The notes beneath the pieces are model-generated. The model made no database searches, was not told the DNA's origin, and saw only the letters and a program-made list of their open reading frames with translations. From Macrostomum hystrix (lineage: Eukaryota > Animalia > Platyhelminthes), in assembly GCA_950097015.1 (NCBI GenBank), contig CATNEN010000001.1, forward strand, positions 22,630,001 to 22,694,000: a DNA stretch of 64,000 nucleotides, read 5' to 3'. Below, one piece after another: positions 9,894 to 28,500 of this stretch. The position numbers were made by a program, and so were the translations under genes. Every line of letters begins with the position of its first letter. Positions within the stretch are counted from its first letter, which is position 1.

Positions 9894-12496
9894 CTAGTCC
9901 AGCAGGCGCAGCAGTGAGCAGTCGGCTGTCTCAGCCAGCAGTGGAAAGTCTGCCCAGGACTCCAAGCTGGCAGCCAGGCCGGCCAGTCTGGACTCGGACA
10001 TTGGCGGGCCGATGAGCTGCACAGCCAGGGGCAGCCGGGAGCCAGGCTCCAGGCCAACTGGCAGCACCAGAGCCGGCAGGCCAGCCAGGTTCACACTCTG
10101 GGTGCACAGGTCCATTGTGGATGTGCGATACCGGTTGTCGGCCTTCACAAACTCGCTGTAAACTGGCGCGGCCGTGACGGAGGCCGGGCAGATCAGGACG
10201 TCAACAGACTGGAAGGCCCGGTCGAAGTCCTCCTTGATGAGGCGCCAGACTTTCCTGGCCTGCTCATAGTACTCGCGATAGTTTCTGCGCAGTAGGAAGA
10301 AATTGCCGGCCAACACGCGACTGCGAATGACAGAATTAAATCCGGCTAACCGGCTGGCTGTGTACAGGGACTCCACCGAGTTCTCGGAGCCGCCCGAGGC
10401 GCGCAGGCCGAACTCGATGCCATCGTAGCGGGCCATGTTAGAGGCCACCTCAGCGCAGCACAGCACCGAGTAGGCTTTGATGGACAGCGGAGTGTGCGGC
10501 AGCGAGACGGGGTGGCAGACGAGGCCGAGGTCCGACTCCAGGTGCTGCACGGCGCTGCTCCAGGTGTCAAGGATCGATGCAGACATGCCAGGAGTGCTGA
10601 ACTCCTTGGGGATGGGAGATGGACCACCTGGGAAATATCTATCTGGGAAATCTCACCTCTTCTCTCTAAAAAACTACTACGGAAATCTCACCTTTCTTAT
10701 CAAATCTACAATGGAAATCTCACCTGTCCAATCAAATCTACTGTGGGAATCCCACCTTTCTTATCAAATCTACAATGGAAATCTCACCTGTCCAATCAAA
10801 TCTACTGTGGGAATCTCACCTTTCTTATCAAATCTTCAATGGAAATCTGAACTTTCTTATCAAATCTTCAATGGAAATCTCACCTGTCCAATCAAATCTA
10901 CTGTGGGAATCTCACCTTTCTTATCAAATCTTCAATGGAAATCTGAACTTTCTTATCAAATCTTCAATGGAAATCTCACCTGTCCAATCAAATCTACTGT
11001 GGGAATCTCACCTTTCTTATCAAATCTTCAATGGAAATCTGAACTTTCTTATCAAATCTTCAATGGAAATCTGAACTTCTGAACTTTCTTATCAAATCTT
11101 CAATGGAAATCTCACCTTTCTTATCCAATCTACTATGGAAATCTCACCTTTCCTATCAAATCTACCATAGACATCAAACTAAACCTAATGATCAACTCTA
11201 GTTTTGAGAAACTCACCTTGGGCACGCCAATCCGCAGTCCCTCAGCAGGCGCACAGCTGACAAGGTCAAGCTTAGAGGTGGCGCAGGTGGAGTCCTGACT
11301 GTCGGGGCCCTGGATGGCATTCAGCAGCAGGCAGGCGTCGCTGACGGTGTTGGCCATGACAGACACGCAATCAAGGGAGTTCACCAGAGGCACGAGGCCG
11401 TGCCGCGACACCCGGCCGTAGGTTGGCTTCAAGCCGACGATGCCACAGAAGGCGGCGGGTATTCTGGCCGAGCCACCGGTGTCGGAGGCCAGAGCACCGA
11501 CGGCTAGGCCGGAGGCGACGGCCGCGGCGCTGCCACCGCTGCTGCCGCCAGCGATGCGAAAATTTTCGTCGCTAATATTGGAGACAGGCTCAGACTGCGG
11601 ATTGTAACAATGGCAGACATTACAGGTGACACACATGGGGAATCACAGGTGACACACATGGGGAATCACAGGTGACACACATGGGGAATCACAGGTGACA
11701 CACATGGGGAATCACAGGTGACACACATGGGGAATCACAGGTGACACACATGGGGAATCACAGGTGACACACATGGGGAATCACAGGTGACACACATGGG
11801 GAATCACAGGTGACACACATGGGGAATCACAGGTGACACACATGGGGAATCACAGGTGACACACATGGGGAATCACAGGTGACACACATGGGGAATCACA
11901 GGTGACACACATGGGGAATCACAGGTGACGCACACGGGGAATCACAGGTGACACAGGGAATCACAGGTGAGACTGAAAGAGCAACAGGTGACACACTGGG
12001 ATAATAACAGGTGTGCTGAAGCGTTGCTAACCGGTCGCCAAGGATTCCTGACCGGGCCGTTGAGCCCGTCGGTGCAGCCGGAGCCCATGCCGAATGGATC
12101 GAGGTTGGTTTTGCCCAGCAGCCAGGCGCCATCGTTCAGAAGTCGCTGTACGGCGGTGGCCGTGTACGAAGGCCGAAAATTTTCGGCCAATGTGGGCGAG
12201 CCGCAGGCGGCTGAGCCGGCTAAACCCGGAGTGTCAGCTGTGCAGAAATTATCCTTGACAGCGATCGGCAGGCCGAACAGAGGGGACCGGGTCTTGGCCA
12301 TAGACACTGGCGCATCGCTGGCTATGCTCGCGAAGGCGTTCAGCTTTGGGCCACAATTGTTGACCCGAAGAGCGGCGGAAATTGCCGCGGACCGAATGGT
12401 CTCTGGGGTCAGCGAGCGGCACTCGACTGCTCGAGCCAATCGATCGATAATTGATCTGCCAGCACCGCTGCTGCTGGGTAATGAAGCTGGCGACAT
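9894..12496 (-). CDS. QRSL1: Glutamyl-tRNA(Gln) amidotransferase subunit A, mitochondrial (GatA), ~517 aa; exons 12496-12032, 11594-11217, 10604-9894
   Basis: Amidase signature [60 protein letters not shown], plus the GatA-specific [15 protein letters not shown]. Phase-0 GT-AG junctions. Confidence 0.95.
10628..11170. repeat. ~32-bp minisatellite filling QRSL1 intron 2
   Basis: GGAAATCTCACCTTTCTTATCAAATCTTCAAT variants in tandem. Confidence 0.95.
11620..12015. repeat. 23-bp minisatellite filling QRSL1 intron 1
   Basis: GACACACATGGGGAATCACAGGT, about 14 near-perfect copies. Confidence 0.95.
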
Positions 12497-12984
12497 TCTG
12501 ATCGACTTGTTACATTGGCTTCAAAACTGAAATTATCAGTCCATTATGAATTAGTAACAGACCAAACAACTATTTACTGGGTACGTCAGTGACTCAATTT
12601 TAGTGCATGGCAGATTCGAACTTCGGACGCTGGAGGAAATTCACGAACACAGCCAGAAAATAAGAAAGGAAATAAAAAGTCTATAAGCAAGAGCACTAAT
12701 CGTTGTTAATAGTTAAAAACGCACAAACACACACTGCTCCCGGTATATTTGTTCTGATTGGGCTTCTCACTTGTATGGTGCAATATCGATAGATTAGAGA
12801 AAAAATGATAAATATATATGAAACAACTCAGTAACCCTCATATGTACAATAGTGCAAAATAATCAGTAAATACAGACAAATTCGAGGAACAAAGTGCTTA
12901 TCCATAGTCGAAAACTTCAACTATCCAGTGTTTGAGACTAAGCTGGCGTTAATCTTTAGCGTTTATCTCAACTTATGTTTATAA

Positions 12985-13392
12985 GACAGGAGACACAGGA
13001 AAGATGAGGCAGGGGGAGATAAGACAGGGGAGATGAGATAAGGTAGAGGAGACAGGGGGGAGATGAGACAGGGAGAGATGAGACAGGAGGAGATGAAACA
13101 AGGTAGGGGAGATAGGGGGAGATAAGACAGGGGGAGATGAGAAAAGGTAGAGGAGACAGGGAGAGATGAGACAGGGGAGATGAGACAGGGGAGATGAGAC
13201 AGGGGAGATGAGACGGGGAGATGAGACAGGGAAGAGATGAGACAGGGGGAGATGAGACAGGGGAGATGAGACATGGGAGATGAGACAGGGGAGATGAGAC
13301 AGGGGAGATGAGACAGGGGAGATGAGACAGGGGAGATGAGACAGAGGAGATGAGACAGGGGAGATGAGACAAGATACACAGGTGATGAGACA
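12985..13392. repeat. ~15-bp minisatellite GAGATGAGACAGGGG
   Basis: Tandem copies; reverse complement of the family at 46843-48270. Confidence 0.95.
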
Positions 13393-14201
13393 ATAATTGC
13401 AATAGTTGCTAAAGCAAAGTGAACTCATTATCAATAAACCGTTAGCCTTACTTGTTAAAGTCGCCACTAAGCCCAATGAAAGGCAATAAACAATATTCTG
13501 GGAAAACACTGCACAAATATAACGGAAACTTCAAAACATCGCATTATTTTTATAGAAACTCAAAAACAAAAACACAGTGCAGAAGCAAAAGACAGGCCTA
13601 AAAAAAGTCAACTTGTAGCAGAAAAAGAGTAGCACTAAATCTGAAAGCAGAATAGGAAATATTTGTTGCAAACACTTTGCTACCTTGCAGCTCGGATCTC
13701 AGGTGCATAATTGACATTGGTTTCGATTTTGTCGGTGTCAAGCTAGGAAGACACAACAGCAAAAACTGAATGAATTAATAGACAAATACATAAATGTAAT
13801 AGAATAGAGAATATATAGAATAAAAAGCTATTGTCAGTTGGGACTGCTAGCACAGACACTCGTCATTGCCCACGGGTTAGCAACTAAACAATAAATACGA
13901 GACAGTCTATTTAACGCGGCATTTGCATTGATCTACTGACACTAGTAGTGATTATTGGGCATGTGATTCACAATAAAAACAGACAACACGATTAACAAAG
14001 GAATGCACTGCGGACAAGGGACGCACATCTATTTCACAAAATATAAAAGTGATTTGATCTCTAACTAGTGTCCTAACACGACTAACAGTCACAAGATGCT
14101 GAACAGACATCTAGCTATCTTCCAGTAAGCTGTAGGAAAATTTCTTAGCGAGTGTTCGTTTAGACTTTGATTTGAGTAGAGAATAAATTTCAGCAAGAAA
14201 T

Positions 14202-18644
<4,443 letters not shown>

Positions 18645-20213
18645 CTTTCTTTTCAATGTAGTTTCTTCAACAGTAAAAATAATAAAATACGCTCAGCTAA
18701 TTAAATAAATTCCTGTGTCTTTCTAAACTTGTGTTAATACTTCTTTAGTCTAGCGATTTAGTTCAGTCAATAGAATCTAATAAATAATATAGCTAAGATG
18801 TTGCTTTTAAAACGAAGGTGAATATTTATGATTGCTTGTTGATTATGACTTTTCGGTAAAATATAATACTATGCAATTTAGTATAGTATTATAGTCTAAT
18901 AGTCAGCGATTAGTAACTTTGCATATATTTATGATGAGTCCCACCCACACACGAGAGAAACAAGAAATTATAAAGAAATTTTCCTTTAAAATACGCGATT
19001 TAAACATTATCCGCTTAACTATGTGAAACTTTACGAATCATTAACGATTATTAAAACGAAATCACCTTTCGTGTTCCTTTGATATTGAATTTTTGTAACT
19101 CATTGCTTGTATTGTATGCGTAAAATTGAACGGTCACATTAATTTCTGCATATAACTTAACTACTATGTCAGCAAACTTATCACTCCCACCTTAATAATC
19201 CAGTAGTTTTATTAACACTTTCTACATGACATTCATAATGGAATAGTCAGGATTTGTTCTCGGGAGTATAGTCAAGCTAATCACCGTCTAGCAGGAGTGC
19301 GAACCGATAAGAATTTGACGGAGCAGCACTGACAGCTGAGACTGCAGAAACCTCATTCGCAGAGTTTAGGGCGTTCCGCCCAGTTATATGTCACTTGCGA
19401 GTATAATTATCCCAACTTTTCCTGGATTCATTCCCTCTCAAATGAACGCCATCATTTACATGGCGCGCCCGTTTTAATTAAATTTAGTTATGTATAAATC
19501 ATATTCGATCCGCCGTATCGAATCTCTTTCCAAGTTGTGAATTGACCCGTTCTCTTGTAAATCTAAATCCGGATTCAACAGTTTTTATAGTCACTGCTTG
19601 CGAGGCAAGGAAGAATCTAACCCTCCAAATTTAATATAATCGAATCCTTGAGACTTGAGATTTATATAATATATGAATTTTCAATTCGTGCCGATTTTAT
19701 TTTTTGTTCCTTTCGTTGCCTTTTTCTCTTCGAAGGTCCACGGGAAATCAAAGCACGGGCCTAAAATTCATCTATAAAACTCATCTAAAAATATATCTAA
19801 CTCATCTAAGTTGATATAATAATTCGCTTTTTATTTTCAGCCGCCGCTAGTATGAAATGATTGTTAAGACACCAACTCCAGCGATTATACATAATGTCGC
19901 ATACTGTCGATCTATAAGCCGCTATTTATTGTATATGTTCCCGTTGAATCTGAAAAGTGAACGTTGAATGTCTATAAAAGCGATCTTTTTAGAACATTTA
20001 CTCGTAAGGCGAGCATCCGAGCATTTCACGTGTAAATGTATTTGCATCTCAAACTTGCTGATGCAGTCTTACGAGCTGTCACGCTTGATTGCATTGATCG
20101 CCAAGCGTATCCTAATGAATAATACTTATAAGATGCCATCGAGCCAAACACATCGCATTACTTTAAAAGCACAAAGACTTGTCTCTGTCATGTTCTGAAC
20201 ATAATTATACGTC

Positions 20214-23200
20214 TGTAACGCTTGCGTACTGTTTACTTCGCCTCCCTTTGTGTCTGATCGCTCCAGCCAATCAGCGCCTTACACGCGCTCTCAGCTATCA
20301 ACTCTCACCTGCCGTACCCCCACCCCAAAATATCGATCCATCAAATATACGAGTATATAGTGTCGCCCGCTGGGCAGCGCTCAGTTGAGCATTACTTTCG
20401 GCTACAAAGCCTACAGTGGCATCGCAAGCAGTCATGTCTGTGCCATTACACCTACCCCCACCTGAGCCTTTCGATCACACAGAAAGAGCCACACAATCTC
20501 GCGGTGCGGTGGGCAGAATGGGCCAGCCGGTTCAAGTGCTTTGTGACGGCCAGCGGCATTTCAAAAGCGCAACAGCAACGCGAAATTCTGCTATACGTCG
20601 GCGGTAAACAGCTTTACGAAGCCTACGCAGAGCTGACCACACCAGGCGAGTCACTCGACGATCTCCTAGAGGCCTTCAAAGGGCACTTCAGCAGCAGGCA
20701 CAACCCCGTGTTCGTGCGGTACGAGTTCCGGTTCTGCACTCAGCAGCAGGGCGAGTCCATCATCGCTTGGGTGCAGCGGCTGTGCAAGGCAGCAGAGGGC
20801 TGCGATTTCCAGACCCAGCGCGACCCCATTATCAGGGACCAGATCGTTGCCGGCTGCCAATCAGACCAGCTGCTCCGCAGGCTGCTGCAGACACTGAACA
20901 TCGGCCTTCAGGACGCCCTGCAGCAGGCCAGAGCCTTCGAATCGGCGGACCTCCAGTCAGCGGCTATCGAAGCCCGAAAGTCCGACTCTGTGAATGCTGT
21001 TCGGCGAATCGAGAGGCCAGCGAGATCGGAGCAGCCCAGAAACAGCAAATGCATCCGCTGCGGCGAGCCGGGCCACAGAACTTGCGAGGCGGCCCGAGGA
21101 AAGACTTGCCGGAGCTGCAACAAAGTTGGGCACCTAGCGAAGGCCTGCCTGTCGAAACCGTCCGGCTCAAGGAGGGTGCGCACCATCACCGAGGAGCAGC
21201 AGCCCGTACAGCAGGGACCTGATGACAGTGACAGTAGCTGCGAGGTCTTCTGCCTCTCCCCTCTGAGAAAGAGGCTGCCGCTCGTGAAAGCCGACATCAA
21301 CGGTCGTGCCACAGACCTGCTTATCGACAGCGGCGCGAGCTGCAACCTGATGGACGTCAAGACCTTCAAGGCCATCGAGGGCACTGCGGCCCAGCTTGGT
21401 GAGTCCCAAAAAAAGTATTCCCGTTCGGCTCCAGCAAGCCGCTGACGACATTGGGCAAGGCCACCTTGCAAACGACCGTCTACGACGTCAGCGCCCGCAT
21501 CAGCTACATCATCGTCAAGGAAAGCGGTACCACGATCATCGGCCGCCAGACCAGCGAGGAACTGGGCATTCTGCGTATCGGGCCAAGCCAACCGACGGTC
21601 TGCCAGCTGGCGGAAGCCAACAAGCTGCCGAAGTCTCTCAATACAGCCCTGGAGGCAGCAGCAGCCGAGGCGAACGACCGGACGCTACCAGAGCAGGAGC
21701 GCCTAGCCAACATCCTCCGGGCACATCGCCAACGACTCGAGTGCATCGGCTGTGTCAAGGACGTCGAGGTCAGCATCCACCTACGCGAAGAAGCCGTGCC
21801 TGTCTGCCACCCACCCAGCCGAGTCCCGGTGCACCTGCGGGAGGCAGCGCAGCGCGAGCTAGACGAACAGATCGCGGCCGGCATCATCGAGCGAGTGAAG
21901 GGGCCGTCCGACTGGGTGGCCCGCATGGTGGACCCGGCGAAGTGCAGATTCGCGGTCACGTAGGCGACTTTTCTCGCCATGCGCCTCTGTGAGAAGAAGG
22001 GCATCCAGCCAACTGAGGACAAGGTGAGCGCGGTCCAGTCGTTTATTGCACCGAAGAACGCGTCCGAGGTGAGATCATTCCTAGGCATCGTTGCCTTTGT
22101 CAGCCGCTTTATCCCAGCACTCGCAGACGGGAGGCCGCCTGGACCTGGGGAGCGGCGGAAGACGCTGCCTTCAACGCCGTCAAGAGCTCCATCGCTGCCA
22201 GCAACACGTTAGCGTTCTTCGACAAGCGGAAGCCGACAGAAGTGATCGTGGACGCCAGCCCGACCGGCCTCGGGGCGATTCTCAGCCAGCAACAGCCAGA
22301 CGGCAGCCAGGCGCGCTACTCGCAGACCGAGCGAGAGGCTCTCGCGGTTAAATTCGTCTGCCTCCGCTTCCGCCACTACCTCAGCGGCTCACCCGGCTTC
22401 CGAGTCGTCACCGATCACAAGCCGCTGGTGCACCTCTTCAAGCCCAGTTCCCGGCCGCCTCAGAGGATCGAAAGAATGGCACTGAGCATCCAGGACCTGG
22501 TGTTCGAGACAACATACAGGACAGGCCCGTCCAACCCCAACGATGTCCTGAGCCGGTAACCAAGCAGGGCCTCAGCAGTCGCTGCAGTCGGTGAGTCCAG
22601 GGACACTAACTTCATCAACAGCATCGCCGAAGCCGCCACCCCGAAGGGACTCTCGCTGCAGCAAATCAAGGAGGCGACGGCAAGAGACGGAGCGCTGCAG
22701 GCAGCCATCGCGGCCCTTCGCGGAGGCGACTGGGACCTTCGTGACGCAACGCTGCGGTCCCTGCATGCGCTGAAGCAGGAGCTGTCCGCAACCGATGGGG
22801 TCCTGCTACGAGGACACCGGATTGTCGTCCCCGAGGCTCTACGACAGGCAGTGCTGCGCCTAGCGCACCAAGGACACAAGAAGACACAGGCCAGACTGTC
22901 CGCGAAGGTCTGGTGGCCAGGCATGGTTGGAGAAGCGCGGCGCATGTGCGACGCCTGCCTGCCGTGCCAAGCAGCGAGCCATCGAGCGGCAGTCCCGGCG
23001 GCTCCGCTGCAGGCCACGCCGCTGCCGCCGTACGCCTGGCACACTCTGGGCATCGACTTCACCGGACCGGTGCAAAACCGGCACCTGCTGGTCATTGTGG
23101 AGCACTTCTCCCGGTACCCAATCGTCATCAGCATATCGTCCATGACGGCCGAGGCCGTCACCAAGCAGCTGCAAAAACTTTTCGCGACGTTCGGCAGGCC

Positions 23201-24445
23201 GACCCAGCTCGTGTCCGACAACGGGCCGCCGTTCAGTTCGCAAGCGTTCCGCGACTACCTCGGCAGCAACGGCATCCAGCAGCGTCTCGTCACACGGTAA
23301 CACCCGGCGGCGAACGGCGTCACGGAACGCGTCACCGATCAATCAACAAGACCGTCAGGATTGCCAACATCGAGTCAACAGACTGGCGGGAGGCTCTGGG
23401 GACTGGCTAGAAGCCTACCACAACACCCCGCATTCGAGCACGGGGTCGACGCCAGCCGAGCTCATGTTCCAGCGGCAGGTCCAGGACGTCATCCCCAGCG
23501 TGCAACAGCGACGCCATCAGCCGCGCAACCTGGCGTCCATCAGGGCCCGCGACAACGAGGCCAAGCAGCGGATGGCCCGGTACGCCGACGACCGCCGAAG
23601 GGCCGCAAGCCACGACATTAGAGCCGGCGACTCGGTGCTACGCAGGCGGCGACCAGCGGCCAAGACAAAGACATCCTTCGAGCCGGAGCCCTGGACCATC
23701 GACGAGGTAAAGGGCGACTCCCTGGTGCTGAGCAGAGGGCGCCAGACCTGCATGCGCCACATCACGGACCTCAAGCACCTGCCCGCAATCGACCAGCCAC
23801 CGACGCCACCGCCACCAGCCGGGTCAACGCCACCAGTGGAGCCACCAGCGGCAGCAGCACCACCAGCGCCACCAGAGGCGCCTACAGCGCTGCTATCGGC
23901 GCCACCACAGGCGCAGCCACGGACGGCGGGAGGCCGTGCATCGCCGCCGAACGTCTCGAGGTGCCCCCTGCCGCGCGCGTGCAAAACCAGTCGACTGTGA
24001 CTCTATTGCGAGTAAAACTGACCTGTGAAAGCACACATCACCATTGTATTCAATATGCTGTCTCTAATCACTACTTCCGCATCATCGTGCAATACTCGTC
24101 ATTCATTTGCCATGTCAGCAATCTATTACTCACTAATTTTAAATCCTTGTTGGGGTGGGAGCGCCTGTTTTACTTTATTCAAATTTCGTCTTTTGTGGCC
24201 ACCCTGCTCGTGTTAATCTCCCATTTTAATTTCATTTGGGGAAGGATGTAACGCTTGCGTACTCTACTTCGCCTCCCTTTGTGTCTGATCGCTCCAGCCA
24301 ATCAGCGCCTTACACGCGCGCTCAGCTATCAACTCTCACCTGCCGTACCCCCACCCCAAAATATCGATCCATAAAATATATAGTGTCGCCCGCTGGGCAG
24401 CGCTCAGTTGAGCATTACTTTCGACTACTAACTAAAGCCTCTACA
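20214..24445 (+). mobile_element. Ty3/Gypsy LTR retrotransposon (Mag-like), degenerate and internally deleted; LTRs 20214-20415 and 24247-24445
   Basis: TGTAAC...TACA LTR pair, 5-bp TSD ACGTC, PBS-like TGGCATCGC at 20417, polypurine tract before the 3' LTR. Gag with two Cys/His knuckles, protease LIDSGAS, RNase H IVDASPTGLGAIL / YSQTEREAL / TDHKPL, integrase H-H-C-C, DFTGP, VSDNG. Multiple frameshifts and stops. Confidence 0.97.
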
Positions 24446-25500
24446 ACGTCCAAAGAACATCATGACTAGATTTTTAATTCCGGATAATAGAACAACACTT
24501 GGTTCCATGCCATGCAGTTACTCCCACTACAATTTTCTCGTGTTACATGTTAATGGCCATGCAGTGCTTGTTCTACTCAATCACTCGATCCGCTTCAGCA
24601 GTCAAAAATGCTACTCTAGAGTGCATGCAGTCTGCGGGTTAACTTTTTGGCGAACGACAGCTGCACCATCGCATCGTGTTATACAAAAAATTAAGGCATG
24701 CATTCTAGTCCAAAAAATAGGTGTCGATTTTCGCCTCACAATGTATTTTAAAGCGTAACTACGAGTATAATGCGCAGTTCATTTAGACAAACTTTAACTA
24801 GCACATCATTGGCTACCTCATTGATTCCTGAATCTGATAGAGAATGAGAATACAGCTAGTGTGACACTGTAACAATAAATCGAGTGCTAGACACACGCAG
24901 ACTTTACCTGACCAGCCATCCGGCAATGGCCGTGACATCCAGCCGACATCCAGACGATCCACAAGTTATTATCAAGTGAATTCGTGCTAATAAGTTTTTC
25001 ACGCGTGGTGTCTGTCTTTAGCAGATTTAGTGCAGTCTCTAATTTGTCATTCACAATTACTTTTAGACAGAATTCTCTGGTCATAATTAAATGTCAAAAA
25101 GCACATGCGTCTGTACCTGAGACAAAGCCAGAAGGTCTGAAAAAAAATAAAAATCGTGCCGACTCAAAATCGGTCCAGTAAGTAAACCTTTCCTCTCCTT
25201 AGTCAAAGAGGAAAGGGTCGTGTAACTCGATCGCTTGATATAGCCGAAAAAGAATAGAAAAGCATCAGAATCACATGCATCTGACATGGGCCGATATGCG
25301 ACAATTTCTGGACAAGTAAGACGTCTGCTCGCTATATAGAATCTGAAATCAGGAAGATCACCTTTTTAAGCTGAGAGCTGACAGACTAGAGACTATTGAC
25401 AGCAATGCGCGCTGCAATTTAGAACTCGAAAAATAGAAAAACATTCGTTGTAGTCCTACATGGGATGTCTCACTTCTGATTCTACCACTGCATGTTTTGC

Positions 25501-28500
25501 TTATCAGTATCTTTCTGTATGTCTCTAGTCTATCAGTATCTTTCTGAATGTCTCTAGTCTATCAGTATCTTTCTGAATGTGTCTAGTCTATCAGTATCTT
25601 TCTGTATGTCTCTGGTCTATCAGTATCTTTCTGGATGTCTCTAGTCTATCAGTATCTTTCTGAATGTCTCTGGTCTATCAGTATCTTTCTGAATGTCTCT
25701 AGTCTATCAGTATCTTTCTGAATGTGTCTCTAGTCTATCAGTATCTTTCTGAATGTCTCTAGTCTATCAGTATCTTTCTGAATGTCTCTAGTCTATCAGT
25801 ATCTTTCTGAATGTGTCTAGTCTATCAGTATCTTTCTGTATGTCTCTGGTCTATCAGTATCTTTCTGGATGTCTCTAGTCTATCAGTATCTTTCTGTATG
25901 TCTCTGGTCTATCAGTATCTTTCTGAATGTCTCTAGTCTATCAGTATCTTTCTGAATGTCTCTAGTCTATCAGTATCTTTCTGAATGTCTCTAGTCTATC
26001 AGTATCTTTCTGAATGTCTCTAGTCTATCAGTATCTTTCTGAATGTGTCTCTAGTCTATCAGTATCTTTCTGAATGTCTCTAGTCTATCAGTATCTTTCT
26101 GAATGTCTCTAGTCTATCAGTATCTTTCTGAATGTCTCTAGTCTATCAGTATCTTTCTGAATGTCTCTAGTCTATCAGTATCTTTCTGAATGTGTCTCTA
26201 GTCTATCAGTATCTTTCTGAATGTCTCTAGTCTATCAGTATCTTTCTGAATGTCTCTAGTCTATCAGTATCTTTCTGAATGTCTCTAGTCTATCAGTATC
26301 TTTCTGAATGTCTCTAGTCTATCAGTATCTTTCTGAATGTGTCTCTAGTCTATCAGTATCTTTCTGAATGTCTCTAGTCTATCAGTATCTTTCTGAATGT
26401 CTCTAGTCTATCAGTATCTTTCTGTATGTCTCTAGTCTATCAGTATCTTTCTGAATGTGTCTCTAGTCTATCAGTATCTTTCTGAATGTCTCTAGTCTAT
26501 CAGTATCTTTCTGAATGTCTCTAGTCTATCAGTATCATTCTGAATGTGTCTCTAGTCTATCAGTATCTTTCTGAATGTGTCTCTAGTCTATCAGTATCTT
26601 TCTGAATGTCTCTAGTCTATCAGTATCTTTCTGAATGTCTCTAGTCTATCAGTATCTTTCTGTATGTCTCTAGTCTATCAGTATCTTTCTGAATGTGTCT
26701 CTAGTCTATCAGTATCTTTCTGAATGTCTCTAGTCTATCAGTATCTTTCTGAATGTCTCTAGTCTATCAGTATCATTCTGAATGTGTCTCTAGTCTATCA
26801 GTATCTTTCTGAATGTGTCTCTAGTCTATCAGTATCTTTCTGAATGTCTCTAGTCTATCAGTATCTTTCTGAATGTCTCTAGTCTATCAGTATCTTTCTG
26901 AATGTGTCTCTAGTCTATCAGTATCTTTCTGAATGTCTCTAGTCTATCAGTATCTTTCTGAATGTCTCTAGTCTATCAGTATCTTTCTGAATGTCTCTAG
27001 TCTATCAGTATCTTTCTGAATGTGTCTCTAGTCTATCAGTATCTTTCTGAATGTCTCTAGTCTATCAGTATCTTTCTGAATGTCTCTAGTCTATCAGTAT
27101 CTTTCTGAATGTCTCTAGTCTATCAGTATCTTTCTGAATGTCTCTAGTCTATCAGTATCTTTCTGAATGTGTCTCTAGTCTATCAGTATCTTTCTGAATG
27201 TCTCTAGTCTATCAGTATCTTTCTGAATGTCTCTAGTCTATCAGTATCTTTCTGTATGTCTCTAGTCTATCAGTATCTTTCTGAATGTGTCTCTAGTCTA
27301 TCAGTATCTTTCTGAATGTCTCTAGTCTATCAGTATCTTTCTGAATGTCTCTAGTCTATCAGTATCATTCTGAATGTGTCTCTAGTCTATCAGTATCTTT
27401 CTGAATGTGTCTCTAGTCTATCAGTATCTTTCTGAATGTCTCTAGTCTATCAGTATCTTTCTGAATGTCTCTAGTCTATCAGTATCTTTCTGAATGTGTC
27501 TCTAGTCTATCAGTATCTTTCTGAATGTCTCTAGTCTATCAGTATCTTTCTGAATGTCTCTAGTCTATCAGTATCTTTCTGAATGTCTCTAGTCTATCAG
27601 TATCTTTCTGAATGTGTCTCTAGTCTATCAGTATCTTTCTGAATGTCTCTAGTCTATCAGTATCTTTCTGAATGTCTCTAGTCTATCAGTATCATTCTGA
27701 ATGTGTCTCTAGTCTATCAGTATCTTTCTGAATGTCTCTAGTCTATCAGTATCTTTCTGAATGTGTCTCTAGTCTATCAGTATCTTTCTGAATGTCTCTA
27801 GTCTATCAGTATCTTTCTGAATGTCTCTAGTCTATCAGTATCTTTCTGAATGTCTCTAGTCTATCAGTATCTTTCTGAATGTGTCTCTAGTCTATCAGTA
27901 TCTTTCTGAATGTCTCTAGTCTATCAGTATCTTTCTGTATGTCTCTAGTCTATCAGTATCTTTCTGAATGTGTCTCTAGTCTATCAGTATCTTTCTGAAT
28001 GTCTCTAGTCTATCAGTATCTTTCTGAATGTCTCTAGTCTATCAGTATCATTCTGAATGTGTCTCTAGTCTATCAGTATCTTTCTGAATGTGTCTCTAGT
28101 CTATCAGTATCTTTCTGAATGTCTCTAGTCTATCAGTATCTTTCTGAATGTCTCTAGTCTATCAGTATCTTTCTGAATGTGTCTCTAGTCTATCAGTATC
28201 TTTCTGAATGTCTCTAGTCTATCAGTATCTTTCTGAATGTCTCTAGTCTATCAGTATCTTTCTGAATGTCTCTAGTCTATCAGTATCTTTCTGAATGTGT
28301 CTCTAGTCTATCAGTATCTTTCTGAATGTCTCTAGTCTATCAGTATCTTTCTGAATGTCTCTAGTCTATCAGTATCTTTCTGAATGTCTCTAGTCTATCA
28401 GTATCTTTCTGAATGTCTCTAGTCTATCAGTATCTTTCTGAATGTGTCTCTAGTCTATCAGTATCTTTCTGAATGTCTCTAGTCTATCAGTATCTTTCTG

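Noticed and set aside
20908-23984. Long antisense ORFs within the Gypsy element
   Set aside because: Shadow frames of GC-rich gag-pol sequence
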